DNA of 64,000 nucleotides, taken from contig JASTWF010000034.1 of the NCBI GenBank assembly GCA_030390025.1, forward strand, positions 3,658,001 to 3,722,000, read 5' to 3'. Made by a program: the position numbers and the translations under genes. The notes below the pieces were generated by a model, which was not told the DNA's origin, ran no database searches, and was given only the letters and a program-made list of their open reading frames with translations. The DNA comes from Squalus acanthias. Taxonomy: Eukaryota. The stretch's first letter is position 1. Each line of letters begins with the position of its first letter. Positions 33,500-48,082 of the stretch are shown one piece after another.

Positions 33500-34560
33500 A
33501 TGCTAGGAACTGTGGATGACCAGACAGATTTACGGGTCCAAGTACAGGAATCACAGGTACAAAAAAAAATGAAAAAGGCTAATGGAATGTTGGCCTTTAT
33601 CTCGAGGGGCTGGAATACAAAGGGGATGAAGAGATGCTTCAGCTGTACAGAGCTCTGGTTAGACCCCACCTGGAGAACTGCATTCAGTTCTGGGCACCGC
33701 ATACTGGCCTTGGAGTGGGTGCAGCACATTCACCAGTCAATTATGAGGACAGGTTGCAGAGACTAGATAAGTATTCCCTTATATGTAAAGGATTAACTGG
33801 TGATATAATTGAGGTGTAAGATCATAGAATCAAAGTCCAGTAGACAAGAAGGCCATTCGGCCCATCAATTCTGTGCCAGCTCTTTTGAAGATCAATCCAG
33901 TTAGTCTCACTCCCCCACCCTTGCCCCATATACCTGTAATTTTTTTCTCTCTTCAAGTATTTATCCAATTGCCTTTTGAAAGCTACTATTGAATCTGTGT
34001 CCAGCACCCTGTTAGGCAGTGTATTCCAAATCCTAACCACTTGTTGCATAAGCAAGTTTTCCCTCATCTCGCCTCTGGTTCTTTTGCCAATCACCTTAAA
34101 TCTGTGCTCTCTCGTTAGCGACCCTTCAGTGATTGGAAACAGTTTCTCTGTATTTACTCTATCTGAACCCTTCATGATTTTAAGCACCTGTATCAAATCT
34201 CCTCTTCACCGTCTCTGCTCTAAGAAGAACAAGCTCAGCTTCTCCAGTCTATCCATGTAACTGTAATCCTTCAACCCTGGAACCATTCTAGTAAATCTCT
34301 GCTGTACCCTCTCCAAAGTTTCCACACCCTTCCTAAAGTGTGGTGCCCAGAATTGGACAAAATACTCCAGCTGAGGCCAAAGTAGTGTTTTTTAAAGTTT
34401 CAGCATAACTTCCTGACTGTTGTACTGTACACCTCTATTTATAAAGCCCAGGATCCCATCTGCTTTATTATCTGCTTTGTTAACCTGTCCTACCCCCAAA
34501 GATTTGTGCACAAGCACCCCCAGGTCTCTCTGTTCTTGCACCCCCTTTAAATGCTACCCT
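33500..34560. mobile_element. Two degenerate CR1 3' fragments in opposite orientations (+ 33500-33815, - 33820-34560)
   Basis: KANGMLAFI/LYRALVRPHLE on +; VVRIWNTLP and 3' tail on -. Confidence 0.8.
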
Positions 34561-34811
34561 TTAGCTTGGATTGGGGGGGGGAGTTTAATATTCAGTTTAA
34601 TATTTCTGGAGGTTTTATTATTCTATAATATGAGAGCACTGTCAGGTTATAATCACTAACTTTAAAGCAGTGAGATTGTGTTCAGTCAGGACAGGTTTTT
34701 GATACAAGTCCTGACTTCAGAGCAGCTGATCCAGCAGAATGGATTCTCCCGGCAGCTTCCCCTGGGTTTCTGGTGAAACTCGCTCTGCACCAACCCGTCA
34801 AACACCGGCTC

Positions 34812-36100
<1,289 letters not shown>

Positions 36101-36104
36101 TCAC

Positions 36105-36545
36105 GCGAGTCTCCGGGGCTCCGCTTTCTCGAATTCTTCTCAATTTCCGCCATTTTGTTTTCCTTCGCCATCCGGGACATGCGCAGTGCGCGCTCAGGGA
36201 GTCAGCATTGTCCGCCCGTGCTAATGGCTGAAAATAGCTGATTGACAGCCAGCCCACCAATCGGGGCCCGGCACAGAGGCTCACGCCCCGCCCATTTCCT
36301 CAATCGGAGGCGGAGTAATCTTCGGGGTCACGTGGCTCCGGATTTGACTCGGCGCGGCCTGTCAACCGCCTCAGCACCAGTGACGTCATGTAACCCGGCA
36401 AGGTGGGCTGTGTGACATCAGTAACCCGGCAACGCGGGCTGTGTGACGTCAGTAACCCGGCAACGCGGGCTGTGTGACGTCAGTAACCCTGGGGCGGAGC
36501 GGGACACCAACCCCACAGGATGACGTGTCCCGAGCCCGGCACCAG
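36105..36545 (-). promoter_or_regulatory. CpG-island Pol II promoter with probable first exon (donor GTGAGT at 36104-36099)
   Basis: CpG-dense; YY1-type AAAATGGCGG (36147-36156), NRF1-like TGCGCATG, CCAAT (36257), TGACGTCA at 36381/36444/36475, GC box ggggcggagc (36491). Confidence 0.7.
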
Positions 36546-37019
36546 GTGGATCTGATGTGAACATTGTGGCTGCTTTCGATCACAAGAAATCTACTTTAAT
36601 TAGGTACAAACTGTTGTAACACATACATCGTATTAAGTTATTCATCCACTGTTTAAAGTTAGACTTGTTTTCTGAAATGTAAAATATGCTATTTGAATTT
36701 ATAGATAGGTTGCAGTAAATCACACACACACACACATATATATAGTTTCCACGACTAATGTTAGTTTTTAAATGCAATATTGCAGATATATGCTATGTTG
36801 GGAGATAAGTATACCCGGTTACGTTGTACACATGCTGCCTTGATTATATACATGTTGCTTGGATTTATATTTCTAATTTTGTGAGTTATTGATATGCCAT
36901 TTTATTCATACTTAATGTTATAAATTGTATAAATGCTGATTTGAAGTATACATATAAAATATTTAATTATATGCTTTGGATACTTAATTAAAAATCTCCC
37001 ATATTGATGTACATATCGA

Positions 37020-37194
37020 TAACAAACAACAACTTGCATTTATATAGCGCCTTTAACGTACTAAAATATCACAAGGCACTTCACAGGAGCGATTATCAAA
37101 CACAATTTGACACCGAGCCACATAAGGAGACAGTAGGAGAGGTGACCAAACCCTTGGTCAAAGAGGCAGGTTTTAAGAAGCATCTTAAAGGAGG
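37020..37194 (-). mobile_element. L2 LINE 3' end
   Basis: Minus strand ends ...aaaggcgctatataaatgcaagttgttgtt, a typical L2 terminus. Confidence 0.8.
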
Positions 37195-40100
37195 TACTGT
37201 CTCCCTCCCCTTCAAATCTGCCGTCATCTCCCCCCTCCTTAAAAAACTCACGCTGTCCTTGGAAACTATCGCCCCATCTCCAAAATCTCTTTCCTCTCCA
37301 AAGTCCTTGAGCGTGTTCTCGTCTCCCAAATCCCTGTTCATCTTTCCCTCAACTCCATGTTTGAATCACTCCAGTCAGGCTCCCGCCTCTGCCACACTAC
37401 TGAAACGGCTCTTATCAAAGTCACAAATTATATCCTAGGTGAGTGTGACCGTGGTAAACTGTCCCTCCTCATCCTTCTCGACCTGTCAGCAGGCTTTGAT
37501 ACGGCTGACCGCACCAACCTCCTCCAACTCGTCTCCTCTGTTGTCCAGCTGGGTGGGACTGCCCTGCCCGGTTCCATTCTTATCTCTCCTGTCTTAGCCA
37601 GAGAATCACCTGCAATGACTTCTCTTCCCGCTCCCACACCATTTCCGCTGGTGTTCCCCCAAGGATCTATCCTTCGCCCCCTTATATTTCTCATCTACAT
37701 GCTGTCCCTCGGCAACATCATCCAAAAACACAGCGTCAGGTTCCACATGTATACCGACGACACCAGCTCTACCTCACCACCACCTCTCTCGACCCCTCCA
37801 CTGTCTCTGATTTGTCACACTGCTTGTCCAATATCCAGTAATGATGAGCAGAAAATTCCTCCAACTAAATATTGGGAAGACCAAAGGCATTGTCTTCGGT
37901 TCCCGCCACAATCTCCGTTCCTTTCTCAGGCAACTGTCTGAGGCTGAACCAAAGTGTTTGCAACCTTGAGATGAGCTTCCGACAAAATATCCGATCCATC
38001 ACCAAGACCGCCTACTTTCAGGTGTGCAACACCAGCCAGCTCCGACCCTGCCTCAGTTCAAACACTGCTGAAGCCCTTATCCATGCCATTGGCACCTCTA
38101 GACTCGACTATTCCAATGCTCTCCTGCCCGTATCCTAACTTGCAACAAGTCCCGTTCACCCATCACCCCTGTGCTCGCTGACCTACATTGGTTCGCAGTC
38201 CAGAACCCCTGATTTACATAGGATTAAACACATGGGATATACGGCACAGAAACAGGCCATTCGGCCCAACCAGTCCATGCCGGTGTTTATGCTCCACTCG
38301 AACCTCCTCCTGTGTTTCCTCATCTAAATCTATCAGCATGACACTCTATTCCCTCTCTCTCATTTGTTTGTCCAGCCTCCCCTTAAATACATCAATACCA
38401 TTTGCTTCAACTACTCCCTGTGGTAGCGAGTTCCACATTCTCAGCACTTTTTGGGTAAAGAAGTTTCTTCTGAATTACCTATTTGATTATTGGTGACTAT
38501 CCTATATTGATTGCCTCTAGTTATGCTCTTCCCCACAAGTGGAAACATTTTCTCTGTATCCACTCCATCAAAACCTTTCATAATTTTACAGACTTCAGCC
38601 TTTTTTCAAGAGAAAAAAGACCCAGCCTGTTCATCCTTTCCTGATATGTATACCCTCGCATTTCCGGTATCATCCTTGTAAATCTTCTCTGCACCCTCTC
38701 CAGTGCCTCTATATCTTTTTTATAATATGGCGACCAGAATTGCACGCAGTACTCCAATTGTGGTCTAACCAAGGTTCGATACAGGTTAAGCATAACTTCC
38801 ATACTTTTCAATTCTATCCCTCTAGAAATAAACCCTAGTGCTTGGTTTGCTTTTTTTATGGCCTTGCTAACCAATGGCGCGACTTTTAGTGATTTGCGTA
38901 TTTGTACTCCGAGATCCCTTTGTTCCTCTACCCCACCTAGACTCGCACCCTCCAAGTGATAAGTGACCTCCTTATTCTTCCTACCAAAATGTAATACCTC
39001 ACATTTGTCTGTGTTGAACTTCATTTGCCAATTATTTGCCCATTCTGTAAGTTTATTAATGTCCTCCTGTAATTTGTTGCAGTTCTCCTCTGTTCTGACT
39101 ATCCCCCCCCCCAATTTGGTATCATCCGCAAATATGGAAATTGTGTTTTTGATTCCAAAGTCTAAACCGTTCATGTAAATTGTGAACAGCAGTGGTCCCA
39201 GCACTGATCCTTGTGGAACACCAGTACCCACCTTCTGCTACTGTGAATAGGTACCCTTTACTCCCACTCTCTGCTTTCTGTCTTGAAGCCAGCTAGCAAT
39301 CCATTCTGCTACTTGTCCCCTGACTCCGCATTCTCTGACCTTATTCATTAGTCTATTAAGAGGTACCTTATCGAAGGCCTTTTGAAAATCTAGATAAATT
39401 ACATCTACTGCATTACCATTGTCTACTCTCTCTGTTACCTCACCAAAAAATTCAATAAGTTTGGTCAAGCAAGATTTTCCCTTTTGAAATCCGTGCTGAC
39501 TATTCATTATTATACTCTTCGTTTCTACATTGTCTTTTATTCTCTCCTTTAGTAGGGATTCCATTATTTTCCCTACCGCTGATGTTAAGCTGACTGGTCT
39601 ATAATTCCATGGACATGTTCTATCCCCCTTCTTAAATATAAGTATTACGTTAGCTGTCCGCCGTCCTCTGGCACTACACCTTTTTCTAACGAATTGTTAA
39701 ATATGTGCAGTAATGCCTCTGCTACCTCTTCTCTAGATTCTTTTAAATGGATGGATGCAATCCATCCAGACCAGGGGTTTTATCCTTTTTGAGTTTGATT
39801 AGTTTATTTAATATATCTCCTTTTTTATTTTAAATGCACTTATCTCATTACTCATCTCATCATCCAATGTCATGTCCATCTGTTCTATCTCCCTGGTAAA
39901 TAGCGAAGCAAAATAATGATTTAATATTTCTGACATCTCCCTATCGTTACATGTGGTATTGTCCTGTCTATCCATTAATGGCCCGATTCCCATCCCAACC
40001 TGCCTGTAAAACATTGCACTATTTTGTTTTATGTTCCTTTATAATTTAATTTCATAGTTCCTCTTTGCCTTCCAATTGTTTTTTTTACTTCTCACCTAAT

Positions 40101-40605
40101 CCCTTCATGTTCTCTCTTATCATGCACTCATCTGCTGTCTATGTACTTAATGTATGCCTCTTTCCTTACCCTCAATTGTTCCCTTATGGCTTTATTCATC
40201 CATCGAGTCTCATTGTTGTTTAGTTTGTTCTTTCCTTTTAGCGGAATATATTTTTCCTGCACTCTGTTGAACACCGTTTGAAATGTTTCCCATTGCTGTT
40301 CTACGTCATTGTTTGCCAATATTGTTGCCCACTTTATCTTCCCAAGCTCTATTCTCAGCCCCTCAAAATCAGCTTTTCTCCAATCTGTTAACTTTTAAAT
40401 TCTCATCCTTGTTTTCAAATCCCTCCATGGCCTCAGCACTCCCTATCTCTGTAAGCACTTCCAGCTCTAGAATTCCCCGAGATATCTCTGTTCCCACAAT
40501 TCTGGCCTCTTGCACATCCCCGATTCTAATCGTTCCACCATTGGCGGCCGTGCCTTCAGCTGCCGAGGCCAGAAGCTCTGGAATTCCCTCCCTAAACCTC
40601 TCTGT
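37195..40605 (+). mobile_element. L2 LINE ORF2 remnant (37195-38213 and ~40392-40605), split by a CR1 insertion
   Basis: QSGxRxxHxTETALIKV, LLDLSAGFDT, RLDYSNALL, then FKILILVFKSLHG and GGRAFS...LWNSLP. Confidence 0.85.
38214..40390 (-). mobile_element. Degenerate CR1 nested in L2
   Basis: GVPQGSVLGPLLF, FADDTKLGG, SQHGFQKGKSCLT; 3' tail at the left end. Confidence 0.9.
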
Positions 40606-40919
40606 CACTTTATTTCTTTTGCCCTTCACCCCATTAATTTACGCCTTCCTCTCTCCCGAGGTCCTCCTCTCTCACCCTCTGACTTTCCACAGTCCGATTC
40701 CCGCTTCAATGATCATCAGTGAAATATAATTGCTTTCAACTGGCCTCCGCTCCCTCGTTGGTTCTGGCGCCCAGCAGGGGCCCGACTCGACGGTCCGTCA
40801 CAGCGGAATGATGCAATGACGCCGGGCGGGAGATTAACCGCACGGCTGTGCTCCGATTGGTCGGGGTGCGGCGGCGGTGGCGCTCAACGATTAGTTGACC
40901 CGGCTGTCCGTCAGCTGGT

Positions 40920-42730
40920 CCGTCAGTTTCCAGTTCCTTGGCCCCAACCGTCTCCTCTTCACTATGGATGTCTAATCCCTCTACACCTCTATCCCCCACC
41001 AGGATGGCCTGAGGGTGCTCCGCTTCTTCCTTGAACAGAGGCCCAACCAGTCCCCTTCCACCGCCACCCTCCTCCGCCTGGATGAACTTGTTCTCACATT
41101 GAGCAACTTCTCCTTTGACTCCCCTTAATTCCTCCAAATTAAAGGTGTTGCTATGGGAACCCGCATGGGTCCTAGCTGTGCCTGCCTTTTCGTGGGATAT
41201 GTGGAACATTCTTTGTCCCAGTCCTACTCAGGTCCCCTCCCTCACCACTTTTCCCGGTACATTGATGACAGTATCGGTGCTGTTTCCTGCTCTCGCCCCG
41301 AACTAGAAAATTTCATTCACTTTGCATCCAATTTCCACCCTTCCCTCACCTTCACATGGTTCATCTCCGACTCTTCCCTTCCTCGACTTTTCTGCCTCCA
41401 TCTCTGGGGATAGGCTATTGACAAACATTCACTACAAGCCCACTGAAACCCACAGCTACCTAAACGAGACTTCCTCCCACCCCGCCTCCTGTAAGAACTC
41501 TATTACATTGTCCCAGTTTCTCCGTCTCCACCGCATCTGCTCTGACGACGCCACCTTCCATAATAGTGCTTCCGACATGTCTTCATTTTTCCTCAACTGA
41601 GGATTCCCCTCTACTGTGGTTGACACAGCACTTGACCGTGTCCGTTCTATTTCCCGCACTTCTGTTCTCACCCCTTCCTCTCCCAACCGGAACCACGATA
41701 GGGTTCCCCTTGTCCTCAGCTTTCACCCCAGCAGCCTCCACATTCAATGGATCATCCGACGCCATTTCCGCCACCTCCAGCGTGAACCCACCGTCAAACA
41801 CATCTTCCACTCACCTTCCCTTTCAGAATTCCGAAGGGACCGCTCCAACCCCGACACCTTGGCCCACTCCTCTATCTACCCCCAACAGCCCTTCCCCTTC
41901 GCCCAGCTCCTTCCCGTGCAAGCGCAAGAGATGCAACACCTGCCCTTTTACCTCCTCCCTTCCTACTGTCCAGGGCACCTAACACTCCTTCCAGGTGAAA
42001 CAGCGATTTACATGTACTTCTTGCAATTTAGTATAATGTATTCACTGCTCTAGATGCCTTTTCCTCTACATTGGAGAGACCAAACGCAGATTGGGCGATC
42101 GCTTTGCGGAACACCTCCATTCAGTCCGTAAGGGGGACCCCGAGCTCCCGGTGGCCTGTCACTTTAATTCTCCGCTCCACTCCCACTCTGACTTCTCTGT
42201 CCTCGGCCTCTTACACTGTTCCAATGAAGCTGAACGTAAGCTCGAGGAACAGCTCCTCGTCTTTCGATTAGGCACTTTACAGCCTTCTGGACTCAACATA
42301 GAGTTCAACAATTTCAGACCATAACCTCTGCCCCCATCATTATTTTCTCTCTCTCACATGGCAGCTGTCGATCATTCTGCCATTGCCATTTACACTTCTT
42401 CTAGAGTCATCTTTTGTTTCTTCATTTGTCCCATTACCATCTCCTTTTGCCTTGCACCATCATCCCTGTTGTCTGTTAATCTCTCCTGCCTTCCATCTTA
42501 TCACAGACCTTCACATTTGTTCTTTCCTCTCCTCACCCCTTTCCCTGCCCCTACACTTGCTTAAAAACCTGTTCCATCTCCAACATTTTCCAGTTCTGAC
42601 GAAGGGTCATTGACCTGAAACGTTCACTCTGTTTCTATCTCCAGAAATGCTGGCTGACCTGCTGAGTACTTCCAGCATTTTCTGTTTTTATTTCAGATAT
42701 CCAGCATCTGCAGTATTTTGCTTTTGTACT
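40920..42730 (+). mobile_element. Penelope-like element (RT + GIY-YIG endonuclease), degenerate, with 3' terminal repeat region
   Basis: MDVxSLYTSIPH, GVAMGTRMGPS, RYIDD, YIGETKRRLGDRFAEHL, LGTLQPSGLN across frameshifts. Confidence 0.9.
42591..42631 (+). ncRNA. Minimal type I hammerhead ribozyme motif of the Penelope terminal repeat
   Basis: agtt-CTGACGA-a-gggtc att gacct-GAAAC-GTT-cact: conserved core boxes, stem II, palindromic ACGT stem III. Confidence 0.7.
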
Positions 42731-45055
42731 AATAATTGAAATTGGGTTGCCCGCCTCTGCCAGTCAGGTCTGATCCACACTGATAGACGCACCTGGGGGA
42801 AAGGGGCGAGGGAGCGGGAGGACAGTGGGTTCCCGACCCGCTCCAAGAAATAACAACTTTCCCACGAGACCCACCTCCGATCGCGCCCACGACCACCCCA
42901 GAAAATGAGCATTTCCAGCATTTTCTGTTTAAATTATTAGTAGCTAGTTGTCAGACCTTTAAGAGTGGCATTAACATTACCTTTTAAATTGAACTGGATG
43001 GTCACGGGATGCACGCTGCTCGGGAACCACGTCTGAGAACCTGAGGCAGGAGTTCAGTGGCCATTGCTCCAGCTGATTACTTGCCAGCATCAAATGTAGC
43101 ATAAAAACTCCCACCTGACAGATGATCACTTTCCTCAGCAGAAGCTGTTTCTCACTGCATTCCCAGCACAGATTCTGCAGGTTACAGTCTTTCCAGCAAA
43201 GTCTCCATCCAGTGTCACCTCACCGGAAGAACCTCTCTCACCATTGACAGATTGCTTCTGTCATCTGTACTTCACCTGCCATCTATTCCATCAGCATGGG
43301 TGCCGTTTATACCGTCTCACCTTCGTCCTCAGAATCTGACCACATGAGCCCCAACACCAGCAGCACCAGGCACACTAACAGCACCAACAACAACACCACC
43401 AACCTACTCCGCAATCACTTGATGGTGCAGAGGAGAGAGCGCATCAACACCCGAGCACATTGCTGTCCGGCAGGCCAGGGATGGCCTCACCATGGCCAGA
43501 TTTACTTCACTTGATGCTATACACCCTTACAGCTGCCACATGATGCTCCAGGTTTGCACCACCCCACAGCAACACCGTAAAGCATCCCTGCAATGACCAA
43601 GCCATTTCTTTCACACTCACCACCATTGCTGGAGGTACCGTTATGTCTCACCATTCACTGCATCTCATTAATCCACGTGCAAAGGTGCACACAGATCTGT
43701 CCAATACCGGAAAGTGTTGAAAATATGAATTTTGATGTTTGACAGCACATTAACGGAAACTTTACATAAACATTCGATAAAACACCCAAATGGCTACCCT
43801 TGTGAAATATACTTGTGTACGAAAGACTGATACTTGGATGTTTTTAGTAATAGCATGTATAAGTGTGAGTGTAGAATAGTGAACTTCATATTAACCAAAT
43901 ATCTATATTCAGTATGACCTTTAAAGACTTGTGCATAAATTGCTAAGGCTTGCTCAAAATGTAACTTCAAAGACAGCCAGGACTAGTCAAGACTATTTCT
44001 GAAAACGGGTAGTATCGCAGCTTACGCAGCTTATGAGGCCTTGTACTGCCTGTACCAGGGAAGCTAGAAATGAGAGAGATAAGGTCAATTCCAATGGGGT
44101 GAAGAACTATAAGCAAGATAACGATGAACAGGGTAAAGTTGAAGGAAAAATACTGGAAAGGCGGGGCCAAAATGCTGAACTTAGTCTGAGTGACGATGGT
44201 ATTTTGACCATTAGAAACAATTAAAATAGGTGATTGTCCCATCAAACACTCCCAGGCTAGGTACAGCTCAGCTTAGATACAGAGTAAAGCTCCCTTTACC
44301 TTGTGCCATCAAACACTCCCAGGGCAGGTACAGCTTTGGTTAGATATAGAGTAAAGCTTTCTCTGCACTGTCCCATCAAATATTCCCAGGTAGGTACAGC
44401 CCGGGTTAAATACCGAGTAAAGCTCCCTGTATACTATCACATCAAACACTCCCAGGTCTTTTTCTGCAAAGTTAGATACCGAGTAAAGCTGCCTCTACAC
44501 TGTCCCATCAAACACTCCCAGGGCAGTTACAGCACGGATTAGATAGAGAATAAAGCTCCCTCTAAGCCGTCCCATGAAACATTCGCAGGGCATGTACAGC
44601 CAGGGTTAAATACCGAGTAAAGCTCCCTCGACACTGTTGCATCAAACACTCCCAGGGCAGGTGCAGCACAGGTTAGATACAGTGCAAATCTCCCTCTACA
44701 CTGTCGCATCAAACACTCCCAGGGCAGATACAGCACGGGTTAGTTACAGAGTAAAGATCCCTCTACACTATGCAATCAAACACTCCCAGATCAGGTACAG
44801 CATGGGTTAGATACAGAGTAAAGCTACCTCTACACTGTCCCATCAAACACTTCCAGATCAAGTACAGCGCGGGTTAGATACAGAGTAAAGCTCCCACTAC
44901 ACTGCCCCATCAAACACTCCCAGGGCAGGTGCAGCACGGGTTAGATACAGTGTAAACCTCCCTCTGCAATGTCCCATCAAACACTCCCAGGGCAGGTACA
45001 GCATGGGTTAGATACAGAGTAAAGCTTCCTGTACACTGGCCATCAGGGCAGGTAT

Positions 45056-46890
45056 AGAACATAAGAACATAAGATGTAGGAGCAGGAGTAGGTTATTTGG
45101 CCCCTCGAGCCTGCTCCACCATTCAATAAGATCATGGCTGATCTGATCTTGGCCTCAACTCCACTTCCCTGCCCGCTCCCCATAACCCTTGACTCCATTA
45201 CCATTCAAACATCTGTCTATCTCCACCTTAAATATATTCAATGACCCAGCCTCCAGCCTCCGCAGCTCTCTGGGGAAGAGAATTCCAAAGATTAATGACC
45301 CTCTGAGAAGAAATTCCTCATTTCCCTTTTAAATGGGTGCGCCCTTATTCTGAAATTATGTCCCCTAGATCTCCACGAGGGGAAACACCTTCTCTGCATC
45401 TACCCTGTCAAGCCCCTTCAGAACCTTATATGTTTCAATAAGATCCCCTCTCATTCTTTTAAACTCCAACGAGTATAGGCCCAACCTGCTCAACCTTTTT
45501 TCATAAGACAACCCTTTCATCTCCGGAATCAACCTCATGATCCTTATCTGAACTGCCTCCAATGCAAGTATATTCTTCCTTAAATAAGGAGACCAAAACT
45601 GTACGCAGTACTCCAGGTGAGGTCTCACCAACCATCTGTACAGTTGTAACAGGACTTCCCTACATTTATACTCCATTCCCTTTGCATTAAAGGCCAACAC
45701 TCGATTTGCCTTCATAATAACTTGTTGTACCTGCATGCTAACTTTTTGTGATTCATGTACAAGGACCACCAGATCCCTCTGTACCTCAGCATTTTGTAAT
45801 CTCTCCCCATTTAAATAATTTGCTTTTTTATTTTTCCTACCAAAGTGGATAACCTTGCATTTTCCCACATTATACTCCATCTGCCAGATTCCTGCCAACT
45901 CACTTAGCCCTATCTATAGCCCTTTGGAGATTCTTTGAGTCCTCCACACAATTTGCTTTCCCACCTATCTTTGTATTGTTAGCAAATTTGGCTACATTAA
46001 ACTGAGTCCCTTCATCCACGTCATTAATATAGATTGTAAATAGTTGAGGCCCCAGCACTGATCCCTGCGGCACCCCACTAGTTAATGTTTGCCAACCTGA
46101 AAATGAATCATTTATCCGGACTCACTGTTTTCTGTTAGTTAGTCAAACCTCTATCCATGCTAATATATTACCCCCAACCCCGTGAGCTCTTATCTTGTGT
46201 AGTAAACTTTTATGTGGCACCTTATCGAATGCCTTCTGGAAATCCAAATACACGACATCTACTGGTTCCCCTTTATCCACCCTGCTTGTTACATCCTCAA
46301 AGAACTCCAGCAAATTTGTCAAACGTGATTTCCCTTTCACAAAACCATGCTTACTCTGTTTGACTATGTTATGTTTTTCTAAATGTCCTGCTACCACTTC
46401 CTTAATGATGGACTCCAGCATTTTCCACAATGACAGATGTTAGGCTAACTGGTCGATAGTGGGCTGGTTTCTGTCTCCTTCCTTTCTTAAATAGGGGCGT
46501 TACATTTGCAGTTTTCCAGTCCGCTGGTACCTCTCCAGAATCCAGGAAATTTTGGTAGATTACAACCAATGCATCCACTATCTCTGCAGCCACCTCTTTT
46601 ATGACCATGGGATGCAGGCCAACGGGCCCAGGGGACTTGTCCACTTTTAGTCCCATTAGTTTGCCTCGTACTTTCTCTCTAGTGATAGTGATTGTTTTAA
46701 GTCCCACCCCCCACCCCAATTGCCCCTCGATTATCCATTATTGGGATGCTTTTAGTGTCTTCTACTGTGAAGACCGATACAACATATTTGTTCCAATTCT
46801 CTGCCATTTCCCTGTGTCCCATTATTCATTCCCCAGACTCTTCCTCTAGTGGACCAACGTGTACTGTAGCTATTTTCTTCCTTTATATAT
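45056..46890 (-). mobile_element. Degenerate 5'-truncated CR1 inside the 67-bp array
   Basis: Tail agaacataagaacataag on +; RT motifs VDVVYLDFQKAFDKVPH and RPHLEYCVQFWSP. Confidence 0.9.
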
Positions 46891-47385
46891 ACCGGGTTAG
46901 ATACAGAGTAAAGCTCCATCTACACTGTTGCATTAAACACACCCAGTGCAGGTACAGCACGGGTTAGATACAGAGAAAAGCTCCCTCTAAACTGTCCCAT
47001 CAAACACTCCCAGGGCATGGACAGCACGAGTTAGATACAGAGTAAAGGACCCTCTTCACTGTCACATCAAACACTCCCAGGGCAGAAAACGCGCGGTTTA
47101 GATACAGAGTGAAGCTCCCTCTACACTGTCCCATCAAACATTCCCAGGGCAGGTACAGCACGGGTTAGATACAGAGTAAAGCTCTCTCTACATTGTCCCA
47201 TCAAACAGTCCCAGGGCAGTTACAGCATGGGTTAGATACAGAGCAAAACTCCCTCTACACTGTCCCATCAAACACTTCCAGGGCAGGTACAGCACGGGGT
47301 TAGATACAGAGTAAAGCTCCCTCTGCACTGACCCATTAAACACTCCCAGGGCAGGTACAGCACAGGTTAGATACAGAGTTATGCT

Positions 47386-47800
47386 CATAGAAACAGAGAA
47401 AAATAGGAGCAGGAGGTGGCAATTCGGCCCTTCGAGCCTGCTCCGCCATTCAATATGATCATGGCTGATCCTCTATCTCAATACCATAGTCCCGCTCTCT
47501 CCCCATACCCCTTGATTCCTCTTGTGCCTAGAAATCTATCACCTTCATAAATATATTCAGTGACTTGGGCTCCACAGCCTTCTGTGACAGAAAATGCCAC
47601 AGGTTCCCCACCCTCTGATTGAAGACATTCCTCCTTACCTCAGTCCTAAATGTCCTACCTCGTATCCTGAGACATTGACCCCTCGTTCTCGAAGCCCCAG
47701 CCAGGGGAAACATCCTCCCTGCATCCAGTCTGTCTAGCCCTGTCAGAATTTTACACATTTCAATGAGGTCCCCTCTCATTCTTCAATTCTCTGGTGAATA
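47386..47800 (-). mobile_element. Short CR1 3' fragment inside the 67-bp array
   Basis: MRGDLIE...LDRLDAGRMFP and 3' tail. Confidence 0.88.
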
Positions 47801-48082
47801 GACTGTCGCATCAAACACTACCAGGGCAGGTACAGCAGGGGTTTGATACAGAGTAAAGCTCTCTCTACAATGTCCCATCAAACACTCTCAGGGCAGGTTA
47901 GTTATACAGTAAAGCTCCCTCTACGTTGTGTCATCAAACACTCCTAGGGCAGGTACAGAATGGGTTACATACAGAATAAAGCTCCCTCTACACTGTCCCA
48001 ACCAACACTCCCAGGGCAGGTACAGCATGCGTTAGATACAGAATAAAGCTCCCTCTACACCGTCCCATCAAACACTCGCAGG

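Larger units (their letters stand above)
44235..48080 (+). repeat. 67-bp minisatellite (44235-45055, 46893-47385, 47803-48080) interrupted by CR1 pieces
   Basis: Unit ctgtcccatcaaacactcccagggcaggtacagcacgggttagatacagagtaaagctccctctaca. Confidence 0.93.

Noticed and set aside
42950..44230. Possible DNA-transposon internal fragment or exons
   Set aside because: No terminal repeats or recognisable protein motif that I can support.
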